The position numbers and the translations under genes were made by a program. From Actinomycetes bacterium (GTDB lineage: Bacteria > Actinomycetota > Thermoleophilia > RBG-16-64-13): DNA of 64,000 bases. Below the pieces are notes generated by a model. That model saw nothing but the letters and a program-made list of their open reading frames with translations, did not search any database and was not told the DNA's origin. Location: NCBI GenBank assembly GCA_024637035.1, contig JAGXFW010000008.1, forward strand, positions 79,981 to 143,980, read 5' to 3'. Numbering within the stretch: position 1 is the stretch's first letter; every line of letters begins with the position of its first letter. Positions 1 through 9,328 of this stretch are shown piece by piece.

Positions 1-479
1 CGCGGCGTGTGATCTGGGATGTGGGAGCCGGCAGCGGCGGATTCTCCGTGGAACTCGCGCTCCTCGCTCCAGACGCGCGGGTGGTCGCCTTCGAGCGGGG
101 GTCCACGGCGTGCGAGGCGATCCGTAGGAACGCCGAGCGCTTCGGAGCCCGGGTGGAAGTGGTGGAGGGGGAGGCTCCCGACGCGCTTCAGCACTGCGCC
201 GGCTATTCGCCGCCCGACTTGGTGGTGATCGGCGGGTCCGGTGGACGGTTGGAGGACATCCTGAACACCGCGGCCGGCTGCATGACGCCCGGCGGGCGGG
301 TCATCGTGACGGCGGTGACCCTGGAGACTGCGGGGAGTGCCGCTTCCCTGCTCTCGTGGGAGCCATGGTCGGGACTCGACGCGGTACAGCTGGCGACCGC
401 ACATCTGGAAAAGGCCGGGATCATGCGAGGGACGAACCCCGTGACCATCCTGTGGGCCGACAAGGAGGATCGACCGTGA
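1..479 (+). CDS. cbiT: CbiT-like cobalt-precorrin-6B C15-methyltransferase (decarboxylating); 5' end outside window
   Basis: Frame of track ORF 9..479 is open to the window edge. DVGAGSGG SAM-binding motif. Stop overlaps next start (GTGA at 476-479). Sits in a cbiL/F/G/H context. Confidence 0.7.
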   Translation, partial: RRVIWDVGAGSGGFSVELALLAPDARVVAFERGSTACEAIRRNAERFGARVEVVEGEAPDALQHCAGYSPPDLVVIGGSGGRLEDILNTAAGCMTPGGRVIVTAVTLETAGSAASLLSWEPWSGLDAVQLATAHLEKAGIMRGTNPVTILWADKEDRP

Positions 480-1219
480 CGGACTCCCGCACTGGGACGC
501 TCTACGCATTGGGCCTCGGCCCGGGCGACCCCGGACTCATGACCATGCGGGCGGTCGAGATCCTGCGCTCGTGCCCCGTGGTGGCCTACCCATTGGATGC
601 CGACGGAGGGCCGGGCCGCGCCTTCCGCATCGCCGAAGGCTACCTGAACGCCGATGCGGAGAGCCTACCGCTCCATATGCCCATGACGACCGACTCGGAC
701 GCTCTGACCGAGGCCTGGGACGCCGCGGTATCGGCCATCTCGCGGGTGACCGAGGCTGGCCGTGACGTCGCCTACATCTGTCTGGGCGACGCGCTCCTCT
801 ACGGGAGCTTCGGCTACCTCCTCAGCAGATACTCGGGCCCCGTGGAGGTGGTGCCGGGGGTGATCTCCCCGGTGGCCGCGGCGAGTGCCTTGAAGACTCC
901 GCTGGTCGAGGGGCGTGAGCCCCTCACCATCGTGCCCGACGGGGGTGACCTGATGCTGCTCGAAGGCGCGCTGGCGTTGGGGGGCACCGTGGTGATCATG
1001 AAGCCGTCGCGTCTCAGAGCCGAGGGCGCCGCGCTGCTCGAGCGGGCCGGGGCCCTTGAACGAGCTTGGGTGCTCGAGAACGTCACCCTGCCGAGTCAGC
1101 GGGTCTATCCGGTCGGGTCTGCGGAAGCCCTGACCAGACTGCCGTATTTCAGCGTGGTCACGGTGTTGGCGCCGGGCCGCGCGCTCGATCGAAGTGGGAA
1201 GGATGGTGAGGGCGCATGA
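476..1219 (+). CDS. cbiL: Precorrin-2 / cobalt-factor-II C20-methyltransferase
   Basis: In frame of track ORF 356..1219. GTG 476 overlaps cbiT stop. LYALGLGPGDPGLMT tetrapyrrole-methylase N-terminus. Operon position. Confidence 0.7.
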   Translation: MTDSRTGTLYALGLGPGDPGLMTMRAVEILRSCPVVAYPLDADGGPGRAFRIAEGYLNADAESLPLHMPMTTDSDALTEAWDAAVSAISRVTEAGRDVAYICLGDALLYGSFGYLLSRYSGPVEVVPGVISPVAAASALKTPLVEGREPLTIVPDGGDLMLLEGALALGGTVVIMKPSRLRAEGAALLERAGALERAWVLENVTLPSQRVYPVGSAEALTRLPYFSVVTVLAPGRALDRSGKDGEGA

Positions 1220-2019
1220 ACGACGCGCCGGTGCTTTTCGTCGGAGCCGGGCCGGGAGACCCGGAGCTGATAACCCTGCGAGGCGCCCGTGCGCTCGCGG
1301 AGGCGGATGTAGTGGTGTGGGCCGGTTCGTTGGTGCACCCGGCGCTCCTCGGCCATTGTCGCGACGGCATCGAGATCCACGATTCGGCGGGGCTCGATCT
1401 GCCCCGTATCGTAGAGATCATGGTAGAGGGCCACCGGGCGGGGCGGTCGGTCGTGAGACTCCACACCGGCGATCCTTCGCTGTACGGTGCCATCGCGGAA
1501 CAGATCGACGAACTCGATGCGGCCGGTGTGCCTCACGCCGTGGTGCCGGGGGTGAGCTCGTTCGCGGCCAGCGCCGCAGTGCTGCAGGCGGAGCTGACGC
1601 GGCCGGGACTCTCCCAGACGGTCATCCTTACCCGCCGAGCCGGTCGCACCCCCGTGCCGGCCGGGCAGGACCTCTCCTCACTGGCCTCCCACGCGGCGAC
1701 CATGTGCATCTTCCTCAGTGTGGGCAGCATCGGTGAGGTCGTCGACGACCTGCTGGTGCACTACCCGGAGCGCACGGCCGCGGCGGTGGTGGCGAACGCC
1801 ACCTGGCCGGAACAGCGGATCGTGCGGGGCACGCTGAGCGACATCGCGCGGAAGGTCGGTGAGGCGGGCGTCGAGAAGACGGCCATGATCGTGGTGGGCG
1901 ACGTGCTCGCCGAGGCCGGCGAGCGATCCAAGCTCTACGACCCAGGCTTCTCGCATGGCTACCGGAGCGCTACTGGAGCGACCGCGGACCCCGAAAGTAC
2001 TCGGGGAGCGGATGACTGA
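1216..2019 (+). CDS. cbiF: Precorrin-4 / cobalt-precorrin-4 C11-methyltransferase
   Basis: FVGAGPGDPELITLRG, RLHTGDPSLYGA and MCIFLSV motifs typical of CbiF/CobM. Start overlaps upstream stop. Confidence 0.8.
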   Translation: MNDAPVLFVGAGPGDPELITLRGARALAEADVVVWAGSLVHPALLGHCRDGIEIHDSAGLDLPRIVEIMVEGHRAGRSVVRLHTGDPSLYGAIAEQIDELDAAGVPHAVVPGVSSFAASAAVLQAELTRPGLSQTVILTRRAGRTPVPAGQDLSSLASHAATMCIFLSVGSIGEVVDDLLVHYPERTAAAVVANATWPEQRIVRGTLSDIARKVGEAGVEKTAMIVVGDVLAEAGERSKLYDPGFSHGYRSATGATADPESTRGADD

Positions 2020-3298
2020 ACGACCCTCGCATTCCGAGTCGGCGCCCGACGCCGCGCCCGGCCGGTCGGGAGGCTCTCCCGCTCACGGCGGACCGGACCC
2101 CACGTCTGGGACGCGGCCCGGCGGATCGATCGCGGTGTTCGCGTTGACCCCGGGCGGAGCACGCACTGCAGGGCGCATCGTCTCGGCCGTCGGCGGCGGC
2201 CTTCACCTGCCGGAACGACTCGTGGAGGCGAGTGGCGGCATACACCTCACGGCCTCCGCGGAGCCCGGTTCGGCCACCGTCGGCTTCACCGGCGTGGCGG
2301 CCGCACTTCAGCGTGAGTTCGAAGCAGGCACCGCTCTTGTCTGCGTGATGGCGACGGGGATCGTGGTCCGCTCCATCGCCCCGGTGTTGCGCAGCAAACT
2401 GGAGGACCCGGCGGTGCTTGTCGTGGACGAACTGGGGCGATTCGTCGTGCCCCTGCTCTCGGGTCACGTGGGCGGCGCGAACGCACTCGCCCGACGCATC
2501 GCTCAGGCCATCGGCGCCCAGGCGGTGCTGACCACCTCGACCGATGTCCAAGGGATTCTCGGCCCGGATCTTCTCGCCGTGGCTCTTGACGCGCACGTGG
2601 AGGATCCAGCCGTTCTGCTCCCTGTTTCCGCGGCCTTGGCTGCCGGTCGGCCGGTCGATCTGTGGGTCGACCCGGCTGAGGTGGGGGGCGTGTCTGCCTT
2701 CCTGAGCGACCTCGTCGGATACCGCCTCCGGGCCATCGGTGCTGCGGAGCCCGGGGTCCCGGCGTCCCCCGGAATCGGCGAGCGTGCGGAGGTGGCCGTC
2801 GTCGTGACCGCGTCGGTGGACCGGGGCGCGTCCGCGGGGGTCGAGGCGGAAGTGGTGCTGCGGCTCGTCCCCAGATGGACCGTGGCCGGGGTGGGGTGCA
2901 CGAGGGGCACGCCCGCGGCCACCCTTGTCTCAGCCGTACGCGAAGCGCTCGACTCGGCCGGTTTGCGAGAGGGTTCGCTTCGTGCGCTGGCGTCGGTACG
3001 GGCCAAGTCGGACGAGCCCGGCCTTGCGGAGGCCGCCGCGGAACTCGGGGTGCCGCTTGTCTTCGCCGACGACGAACACGTGGAGGCTCAGATCGCGGCG
3101 TACGACCTGGCCGAGAGCGAGTGGGTCAAGAAGAGTATCGGCGTGGGCGCCGCGTCGGAGCCGGCCGCCCTCTGGGCCGCGGGCCCGGGCGCTGAGTTGG
3201 TGCAGCACAAGATCGCACGAGACGGCATCACCGTGGCGCTCGCCCGCATGGACGGCGAAGCAGTGGTGGCCGCACGAGAAGAGAGGTGGGAGCTTTGA
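1955..3298 (+). CDS. cbiG: Cobalt-precorrin-5A hydrolase CbiG (start uncertain; ATG 2012 overlaps cbiF stop)
   Basis: VMATGIVVRSIAP and VVDELGRFVVPLLSGHVGGAN core, plus C-terminal GVGCTRGT segment, as in CbiG. Confidence 0.75.
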   Translation: MATGALLERPRTPKVLGERMTERPSHSESAPDAAPGRSGGSPAHGGPDPTSGTRPGGSIAVFALTPGGARTAGRIVSAVGGGLHLPERLVEASGGIHLTASAEPGSATVGFTGVAAALQREFEAGTALVCVMATGIVVRSIAPVLRSKLEDPAVLVVDELGRFVVPLLSGHVGGANALARRIAQAIGAQAVLTTSTDVQGILGPDLLAVALDAHVEDPAVLLPVSAALAAGRPVDLWVDPAEVGGVSAFLSDLVGYRLRAIGAAEPGVPASPGIGERAEVAVVVTASVDRGASAGVEAEVVLRLVPRWTVAGVGCTRGTPAATLVSAVREALDSAGLREGSLRALASVRAKSDEPGLAEAAAELGVPLVFADDEHVEAQIAAYDLAESEWVKKSIGVGAASEPAALWAAGPGAELVQHKIARDGITVALARMDGEAVVAAREERWEL

Positions 3299-5007
3299 TA
3301 GCTGCCGTGGGCATCGGACCGGGGGCGACCGCTGCCCTCACGGAAGAAGCGGCGGACGTACTGCGGGCGGCCGAAGTCGTCGTGGGATATCGGCCGTACA
3401 TCGAGATGATCGCGCACGTGCTCGGCCCCGACGCGGTCGTGGAGAGCTCGGGCATGCGGCAGGAGGTCGACCGCTGCCGGCGGGCTCTGGAGCTGCATCG
3501 TGAAGGCCGGACGGTGGTGGTGGTGTCGAGCGGTGACGCCGGAGTGTACGGCATGGCCGGGCTTCTCATGGAGATCGACCCCACCGCCGACGTGCGGGTC
3601 GTGCCCGGCATCACCGCCGCCCAGGCGGCCGCGGCGCGCCTGGGGGCTCCTTTGATGAACGACTTCATCGTCCTCAGCCTGAGCGATCTGTTGACCCCGC
3701 ACGATGAGGTGTTGCGCCGTGCCGAGGTGGCCGCCAGCGCCGACCTGGTCACGTGTCTCTACAACCCGACTTCGCGGCGCCGACGTCCGTTGTTCGAGGA
3801 AGTGGTGGGCCTGTTCCTCGGGCAGAGGACCGCGGAGACTCCCGTTGGCTGGGTGCGTAACGCCTACCGTCCCGAAGAGGAAGTGCACTTCACGACTCTG
3901 GGTGCCCTCGCCGACGAACCGATCGACATGTGGTGTGTGGTGATCATCGGCTCGAGCCGGACCGAGATGCTCGGCGGCAGACTGGTCACGCGGAGGGGGT
4001 ACGCCGAACGCTACGGTGTCGACGGCTCGGACGGCGGGCACGCCGGTGCCGACGCAGCCGATCAGGCCGCGACGCCGGTCGCCGCCGACCCAGTCGCCGC
4101 CGCCGCCGAACCCGTCGCCACCGGGGCCGGGGTCGCCGAAACCGAGGCCGCTGTCGCCGAGCGGGGCACCGGGGCCGCAGAGCAGGAGGCCGGGGCCGCG
4201 GAGATCACCGCGACGCCGCCCGCGACCGACTCGACCGGGCCCCGCCGTCTCTACATGTTGGGAGGCACCGGTTTCGCCCGGCGACTGGCCGTCGACCTTG
4301 AAGACGCCGGGTACCAGGTGCGCCTCTCCGTGGCGACCCCGCTCGGCGCGGCTGAGGTCGAAAGGGAGCCCACCGGAGGTGTACGGGTCGGAAGGCAGGG
4401 GACGCCGGGGTTGGCGAGGGAGATCTCGTCGTGGGGCGCCGTGGCGCTCGTCGATGCCACTCACCCGTACGCTGTCGAGGCCAGTCGCACCGCCGTGTCG
4501 GCTGCCGCTGCAGCCGGTGTGCCGCTCGTGCGGGCCGAGCGCGCCACCTGGGATCCAGGCGGCCAGGGAGGCTCCGTCCGCGTATTCGAGACGGCGGACG
4601 AACTGGCTCGCGAGTTGGTGACTTCCGGTCGTCGCGCCTTCTTCACCGTTGGCTCCAAGGGCCTTCAGGATTTTGCGGGGCGCGGCATCCGGCTGTTCGC
4701 CCGCGTCCTTCCCACCCCCGAATCCGTCGAGGCGGCACTCCTTGCTGGAGTGGCTCCCGGCGACCTCGTAGCAGCGTATCCCCCTTTCGATGAGGCGTTC
4801 ACCCTGGCGTGCCTGCGCCGGTTCGATTGCGACGTGATCGTGAGCAAGGAGTCCGGCCGAGAAGGCGGACTCGAAGAGAAGCTGGCCGCGGCTCGTGCCG
4901 CGGGAGCCGAGCTGTTCGTGGTGGGGCGTCCTCCGCAGGCGGGCTTTATCCACACCACCACAGAATCCATCTTGAGAGCATTGGAGGAGTCATGGGCAAC
5001 ATCCTGA
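3286..5007 (+). CDS. cbiH: Fusion of cobalt-precorrin-3B C17-methyltransferase (CbiH/CobJ) and precorrin-6A reductase (CbiJ/CobK)
   Basis: N-terminal methylase (VGIGPG, VVSSGDAGVYGMAG). Ala/Glu/Thr/Pro-rich linker at about 4020-4250. C-terminal CbiJ-like part (LYMLGGTGFARRLA, VDATHPYA, VSKESG). Confidence 0.75.
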   Translation: MGALIAAVGIGPGATAALTEEAADVLRAAEVVVGYRPYIEMIAHVLGPDAVVESSGMRQEVDRCRRALELHREGRTVVVVSSGDAGVYGMAGLLMEIDPTADVRVVPGITAAQAAAARLGAPLMNDFIVLSLSDLLTPHDEVLRRAEVAASADLVTCLYNPTSRRRRPLFEEVVGLFLGQRTAETPVGWVRNAYRPEEEVHFTTLGALADEPIDMWCVVIIGSSRTEMLGGRLVTRRGYAERYGVDGSDGGHAGADAADQAATPVAADPVAAAAEPVATGAGVAETEAAVAERGTGAAEQEAGAAEITATPPATDSTGPRRLYMLGGTGFARRLAVDLEDAGYQVRLSVATPLGAAEVEREPTGGVRVGRQGTPGLAREISSWGAVALVDATHPYAVEASRTAVSAAAAAGVPLVRAERATWDPGGQGGSVRVFETADELARELVTSGRRAFFTVGSKGLQDFAGRGIRLFARVLPTPESVEAALLAGVAPGDLVAAYPPFDEAFTLACLRRFDCDVIVSKESGREGGLEEKLAAARAAGAELFVVGRPPQAGFIHTTTESILRALEESWATS

Positions 5008-6080
5008 TCGAGGGCGACGACACCCTTCTTGGGGCGCTCCGCGAAGCGGCGCAACCCACCTACATGTGCACGATCGCCTCGTCCGACACCGGCGCCATCG
5101 AGGGCATCTCGATCGCGGGCTCGTCGGCCGATATGCGCAAGTACACCCCCCCAGCCGACATGGAGGCGCTCTTCTACGGGAGCGCGCGGTGTATCCCGGG
5201 GATCGCGGCCACACCCGACGGCATCCCCTCGCCGGTGATCATCCCGATGGCGGCGCTGAGCGCGATGCGGCTGCCCATCTTCGTCGTCGATGCGGGCAGC
5301 GAGGTCGCCCCCCAGACGCCGTACTTCCGTCTGGGAGGCTCCCCGGCGCGTTCCGTCGTGACCGGACACGCCGTCGAAGACGCGGAGATGATCTTCGAGC
5401 GTGGGTGGCACTTGGGGGCGAACATGGCCAAGCTCACCGACTTCCTGATCCTGGGTGAGTCGGTGCCGGCGGGCACCACGACGGCCCTCAGTGTCATGCT
5501 CGCCTTGGGTCTGGACGCCGAGGGCAAGGTCTCTTCCACCATGATCGGGGGCGCTCACGAGCTGAAGCAGGCGGCCGTGGACCTGGGCTTCAAGGCCGCG
5601 GGCATCACGAAGGGATCTTTGGAGGACACGCCCCTGCGGGCGGTGGCGGCTGTGGGCGATCCCATGCAAGCAGCTGTCGCGGGTATCGCTTCGGCGGCGT
5701 CGGAGCACATCCCGGTCATGCTGGCCGGCGGCACGCAGATGGCGGCGGTCGCCGCGGTCATGGACCGCCTCGGCCAAGCCGACATGACCAACGTGTGCAT
5801 CGGCACCACCCGCTGGGTGTTCCAGGATCCCGACGCCGACATCGTCTCGCTCGCCCAGCAGGCCGGCTGCCCGCGGGTGTACGCGGCCGATCTCGACTTC
5901 AGCGGCGCCCGCTTCGAGGGGATGCACATCTACGAAGCCGGGCTGGTCAAGGAAGGTGTCGGCGCAGGTGGCGCCGCCGTGGCTGCCTTCGCCTACGGGG
6001 GGTTGGAGCACGATGACCTGCTTCGTCGAATCGAAGACGTCTACGAGGCGACCGTGCTCCCGATGTTGCAGGGTCGCTGA
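4992..6080 (+). CDS. cobT: CobT-like nicotinate-nucleotide--dimethylbenzimidazole phosphoribosyltransferase, archaeal (TIGR00303-like) type
   Basis: ATG 4992 preceded by GGAGGAG. ISIAGSS, GESVPAGTTTAL and VGDPMQ motifs recalled from the archaeal CobT family. Cob-cluster context. Confidence 0.55.
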   Translation: MGNILIEGDDTLLGALREAAQPTYMCTIASSDTGAIEGISIAGSSADMRKYTPPADMEALFYGSARCIPGIAATPDGIPSPVIIPMAALSAMRLPIFVVDAGSEVAPQTPYFRLGGSPARSVVTGHAVEDAEMIFERGWHLGANMAKLTDFLILGESVPAGTTTALSVMLALGLDAEGKVSSTMIGGAHELKQAAVDLGFKAAGITKGSLEDTPLRAVAAVGDPMQAAVAGIASAASEHIPVMLAGGTQMAAVAAVMDRLGQADMTNVCIGTTRWVFQDPDADIVSLAQQAGCPRVYAADLDFSGARFEGMHIYEAGLVKEGVGAGGAAVAAFAYGGLEHDDLLRRIEDVYEATVLPMLQGR

Positions 6081-6176
6081 GAGGGACCGTCGCTGAGAGG
6101 AACCGCCGCCCCCGCGCCGGCTGCGCCGGCCGGGGATCAAGAGCCGAGGCCGATCGGGCCGCCGCGAGCTCAGCCT

Positions 6177-6197
6177 GCCGCGGGCTCAGCCCGCGGC
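6177..6197. terminator. GC-rich hairpin between convergent cobT-like and ku genes
   Basis: GCCGCGGGC (6177-6185), loop TCA, GCCCGCGGC (6189-6197): a perfect 9-bp stem. Embedded in three tandem copies of a 16-nt unit containing TCAGCC. Confidence 0.4.
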
Positions 6198-6201
6198 GCG
6201 G

Positions 6202-6984
6202 TCAGCCTGCGGCGCGCTTCTTCTTGGCGGCGTCCACACTGGCCTTCAGGGCGGCCACCAAGTCGATCACCTCGGCGGGTTCGACCCGTGGAACCGGCGT
6301 GATCACTTCGCCATCGGCCTTTTTCTCGATCAGTGCGAGGAGTGCGTCACGGTAGTCGTCGCGGAACTGCTCCGGGCTCCACGGTTCGGTGAGGCTCTCG
6401 ATGAGACTCGAGGCCATCTCGAGTTCCTTGGGCCGCACTTTCACATCGGTCTCCAGTTCGGTGAAGGCGGGCTCCCGGATCTCGTCGGGCCAGTACATGG
6501 TCTCGAGGACCAGCACGTCGTCGCGCACGCGCATGGTGGCCAGGTGTTCCTTGTCGCGGAAGGCGACCTTGGCCACGGCGACCTTGTCCCCCGCGCGCAT
6601 CGCCTCCCGCAGCAGTTGGTAGGCCTTGGCGCCGAGTTTCTCGGGCACCAGGTAGTAGGAGCGCTGGAAGTAGATGGGGTCGACCTCATGGAGGTCCACG
6701 AACTGAAGGATATCGACAGTGTGGCTCGAGGGCACCTGCATCCCGGCGAGTTCCTCGTCGGTGACCACCACGTACGACTCTTTCTCGTGCTCGTGGCCGC
6801 GGACGATGTGCTCGTAGGGCACTTCCTTCTCGCACACCGAGCAGAATCGCCGATACTGGATCCGTCCGAAGTCCTCGTCGTGGAGTTGATGGAACCCCAC
6901 CGCTCTGGCCTCGGTCGCACCGAACACTTTCACCGGGATGGTGACCAGGCCGAACGACACGGCCCCCTTCCACATGACTCTCAT
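6202..6984 (-). CDS. ku: Ku protein (non-homologous end joining)
   Basis: MWKGAVSFGLVTIPVKVF N-terminus and a basic C-terminal tail, typical of bacterial Ku. ATG 6984 preceded by GGAGGG. Confidence 0.9.
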   Translation of the reverse strand: MRVMWKGAVSFGLVTIPVKVFGATEARAVGFHQLHDEDFGRIQYRRFCSVCEKEVPYEHIVRGHEHEKESYVVVTDEELAGMQVPSSHTVDILQFVDLHEVDPIYFQRSYYLVPEKLGAKAYQLLREAMRAGDKVAVAKVAFRDKEHLATMRVRDDVLVLETMYWPDEIREPAFTELETDVKVRPKELEMASSLIESLTEPWSPEQFRDDYRDALLALIEKKADGEVITPVPRVEPAEVIDLVAALKASVDAAKKKRAAG

Positions 6985-7157
6985 ACGGTCCCTCCGGCTT
7001 CTCGCTCGCGCGTCCGGCGCACTCCGGTCGGGGAGCCGACCCGGAGTAGGCATATATGCAGCGTACCCGACGAGTCCCCGGTCGATGCCCTCGTGCTACA
7101 TTCCTCGATGTCACCTGCCTTCGGGGTGCGGGTTGTCTCGGAAGGAGACTGTGGCAC

Positions 7158-7493
7158 GTGAGTGAGGATCTACTAGTGGGGCTTGCGGGGGCCATCGTGC
7201 TCAGGGACTCTCTGCCGGGCCACCTCGGCGGGCGCGTCCTTTTCGGCGATGACGCCACGTGCGAGTATTTGTCCGACCAATTCAGTGGGGGGGCGACTGT
7301 GAAGGCGACCAAGTTGACAGATGAGTTCGACTATGAGGCCTTCGTCGGACTCCACGGCGACCAAGCGATGCCGATGTTCGCAATAACCGAGTCGGGGGTC
7401 CTTCGAGTGGCAACGGCTGACAAGCCCCTCGCGCCGCGGTCCGGCCAGGTGGTAGTGAGTCTCTTCAGGCCGGTGTCGAGGGAGGCTTCGTGA
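7158..7493 (+). CDS. Hypothetical protein, translationally coupled to cobS
   Basis: GTG 7158 lies 10 nt after GGAAGGAG. Stop overlaps the cobS start. No motif recognised. Confidence 0.4.
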   Translation: MSEDLLVGLAGAIVLRDSLPGHLGGRVLFGDDATCEYLSDQFSGGATVKATKLTDEFDYEAFVGLHGDQAMPMFAITESGVLRVATADKPLAPRSGQVVVSLFRPVSREAS

Positions 7494-8332
7494 CTCCCGA
7501 GAGCCCGGCCCGCCCGTCGGCTCGCGCCGGGGGCCGCCGCTCCTTGCTCGGAGATCCGCGCGCTCTCGTGGGGTTCTTCTCGCGCCTGCCGGTCGGGTCG
7601 TCGGCTTCGCTCGAAGGAGTCGTGGCCGCCTTCCCGCTGGTCCCCTTGGTGGGGTGGACCACAGGACTTCTCGCGGGCGCGGTCGCGTTGGCCCTCGGCT
7701 CGACGCTGCCCGCGGCACCCCTCGCCGCTCTGGTGCTGGCGCTGGCGGTCGGTTTGACCGGCTTCAACCAGACCGACGGGCTGCTCGACCTGGGCGACGG
7801 TCTCATGGTGCACGGTGACACCGAGAAGCGGCTGCGCGTCATGCACGACCACTCGGCCGGTGTGGGAGCGGTGTCCGCCGTGCTCTTCACGTACCTGCTC
7901 GGCTTCGCCGCCCTCGCGGGCATCGCCGCTCAAACAGGGGCCTTCCCGGATGCTGGGTTCCTGGGCCTGGGATCGAGGGCTCTGGCCGCCGCGGTGGTGT
8001 TGGCCGAGGTCTCGGCGCGTCTGCCGTACCTGCTGCTCGCCTGGCTCGGTCGATCGTCTCACGGGGGGCTCGGTTCCCAGTTCCTCGAGGGGTTCGGCGC
8101 GCGCCACGCGCTGGTGGGACTGGCGGCGGCGGCGCCGGTCGTGCTCGCTGGTTGGTGGCTCGGTTGGTTGCCCGTGGTTCTGGCCGCCGCCGCCGCCTTC
8201 TTGGTGGCCGTGTGGCTCCTGCGCACGGCCACCCGCCTGCTCGGTGGAGTCGGCGGTGACGTGCTCGGTGCCTCCCAGGAACTGGCCCGCACCGCGGCGC
8301 TGCTGGCGATCTCGCTGGGACTCGCGCTATGA
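7490..8332 (+). CDS. cobS: Adenosylcobinamide-GDP ribazoletransferase (cobalamin synthase)
   Basis: FFSRLPV, TDGLLDLGDGL and DHSAGVGAV motifs plus multiple hydrophobic segments, as in CobS/CobV. Confidence 0.85.
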   Translation: MTPESPARPSARAGGRRSLLGDPRALVGFFSRLPVGSSASLEGVVAAFPLVPLVGWTTGLLAGAVALALGSTLPAAPLAALVLALAVGLTGFNQTDGLLDLGDGLMVHGDTEKRLRVMHDHSAGVGAVSAVLFTYLLGFAALAGIAAQTGAFPDAGFLGLGSRALAAAVVLAEVSARLPYLLLAWLGRSSHGGLGSQFLEGFGARHALVGLAAAAPVVLAGWWLGWLPVVLAAAAAFLVAVWLLRTATRLLGGVGGDVLGASQELARTAALLAISLGLAL

Positions 8333-9255
8333 GCGACGCCCGGTTCGACACCCTCCTGTTCGGCACCACCTCGTACGTGCTCCCCGCCGACCTCCTACCG
8401 AACGTGCGGCTTCTAGCGCCGTTCGTCGACGACATCGAGCTCATCCTCTTCGAAGGTGAAGCGTCGAACCTCCCCTCTCGGGCGGATGTGCGCGACATCG
8501 GCCTCATGGGCGGCGATTCGGCCTGCGGATTCACGGTGCATCTGCCCTTGGACGTAGGCATCGGCGAAAACGATCGCGATCTGCGCCACCGGGCTCAGGA
8601 GACCTGCCTGCGCGTGGTGGATCTCACTCTGGGTCTCGAGCCTCACGCGTTCGTCGTGCATCCCGAGCTCCCCCTGCGCTACCATCCCGCGTTCGGCGAG
8701 AAGCCGGAACCGTTGCACGAGTTGCCGACCAAGGTGCACGAGGCCTGGCAGGAGGCTCTCGGTGAGTCTCTGGCTCGGCTCCGGCGAGAGACGGGGGAGT
8801 TCCCCCTTGCGGTGGAGAACCTGCAGTTCCCCTACGAGTGGGTGGACGATCTTCTCGACGCCCACGATCTCGGTGTGACCCTCGACGTGGGGCACCTGCT
8901 GATGCACGGTGGCGACGTCGAGGAGCATCTGGAGCGGTTCGGACGGCGCCTGAGTGTGGTGCACCTACACGGCATCGTGGATGGTGTCGACCATCGCGAG
9001 ATCGGCGCTTTCCCGCAAGAGGAACTCGAGCGCATCCTCGACGGTGTGGCCGCCGCGCGCACCGAACGCCCCGTCGCGGGGCGGCGAAGCCCCGGGCGTG
9101 TGGCGGTCTCGATGGAGGTGTTCGGGTGGAAGCCCACGGTGTCGTCGCTGCGCACCTTGGCCGACCTGCTCGGGGAAGGTCGCGGTGACTCGTTCCGCGA
9201 GGCCGCCGATGCCGTGGTCGCCGAGTTGCCGCGCTGGAAGACCGGCGAGGCCTGA
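8329..9255 (+). CDS. Xylose-isomerase-like TIM-barrel protein, possibly a CbiR-type cobamide remodelling phosphodiesterase
   Basis: FGTTSYVLPADLLPNV...DDIELILFE N-terminus and HLH/His-rich metal-site positions. Start overlaps cobS stop. Confidence 0.5.
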   Translation: MSDARFDTLLFGTTSYVLPADLLPNVRLLAPFVDDIELILFEGEASNLPSRADVRDIGLMGGDSACGFTVHLPLDVGIGENDRDLRHRAQETCLRVVDLTLGLEPHAFVVHPELPLRYHPAFGEKPEPLHELPTKVHEAWQEALGESLARLRRETGEFPLAVENLQFPYEWVDDLLDAHDLGVTLDVGHLLMHGGDVEEHLERFGRRLSVVHLHGIVDGVDHREIGAFPQEELERILDGVAAARTERPVAGRRSPGRVAVSMEVFGWKPTVSSLRTLADLLGEGRGDSFREAADAVVAELPRWKTGEA

Positions 9256-9328
9256 GCCGCCGCCGCCCCGCCGCCGAGCCGCCCATCATGGCCCGCGGCA
9301 GGGTCGAACGGCCGGTGCTCGGCGAGGC

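Noticed and set aside
3088-4953. A 621-aa minus-strand ORF. Similar very long ORFs occur at 11255..13168(-), 15207..16646(-), 24311..25759(+), 51762..53099(-), 54275..55759(-) and 55920..57773(-).
   Set aside because: All lie antisense to genes with clear family motifs and have Arg/Gly/Pro-rich junk-like translations. They are typical shadow ORFs of high-GC DNA.
6167-6216. Three tandem ~16-nt repeats containing TCAGCC at the ku 3' end, as a possible microsatellite or phase-variable tract.
   Set aside because: The repeats form a perfect 9-bp GC hairpin between convergent genes. This is most simply a bidirectional terminator, and only the last unit overlaps coding sequence.
7054-7160. Search for a cobalamin riboswitch upstream of the cobS sub-operon, and anywhere near the cob genes.
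   Set aside because: No B12-box-like sequence or conserved riboswitch core could be recognised. The main cob operon leader lies outside the window.
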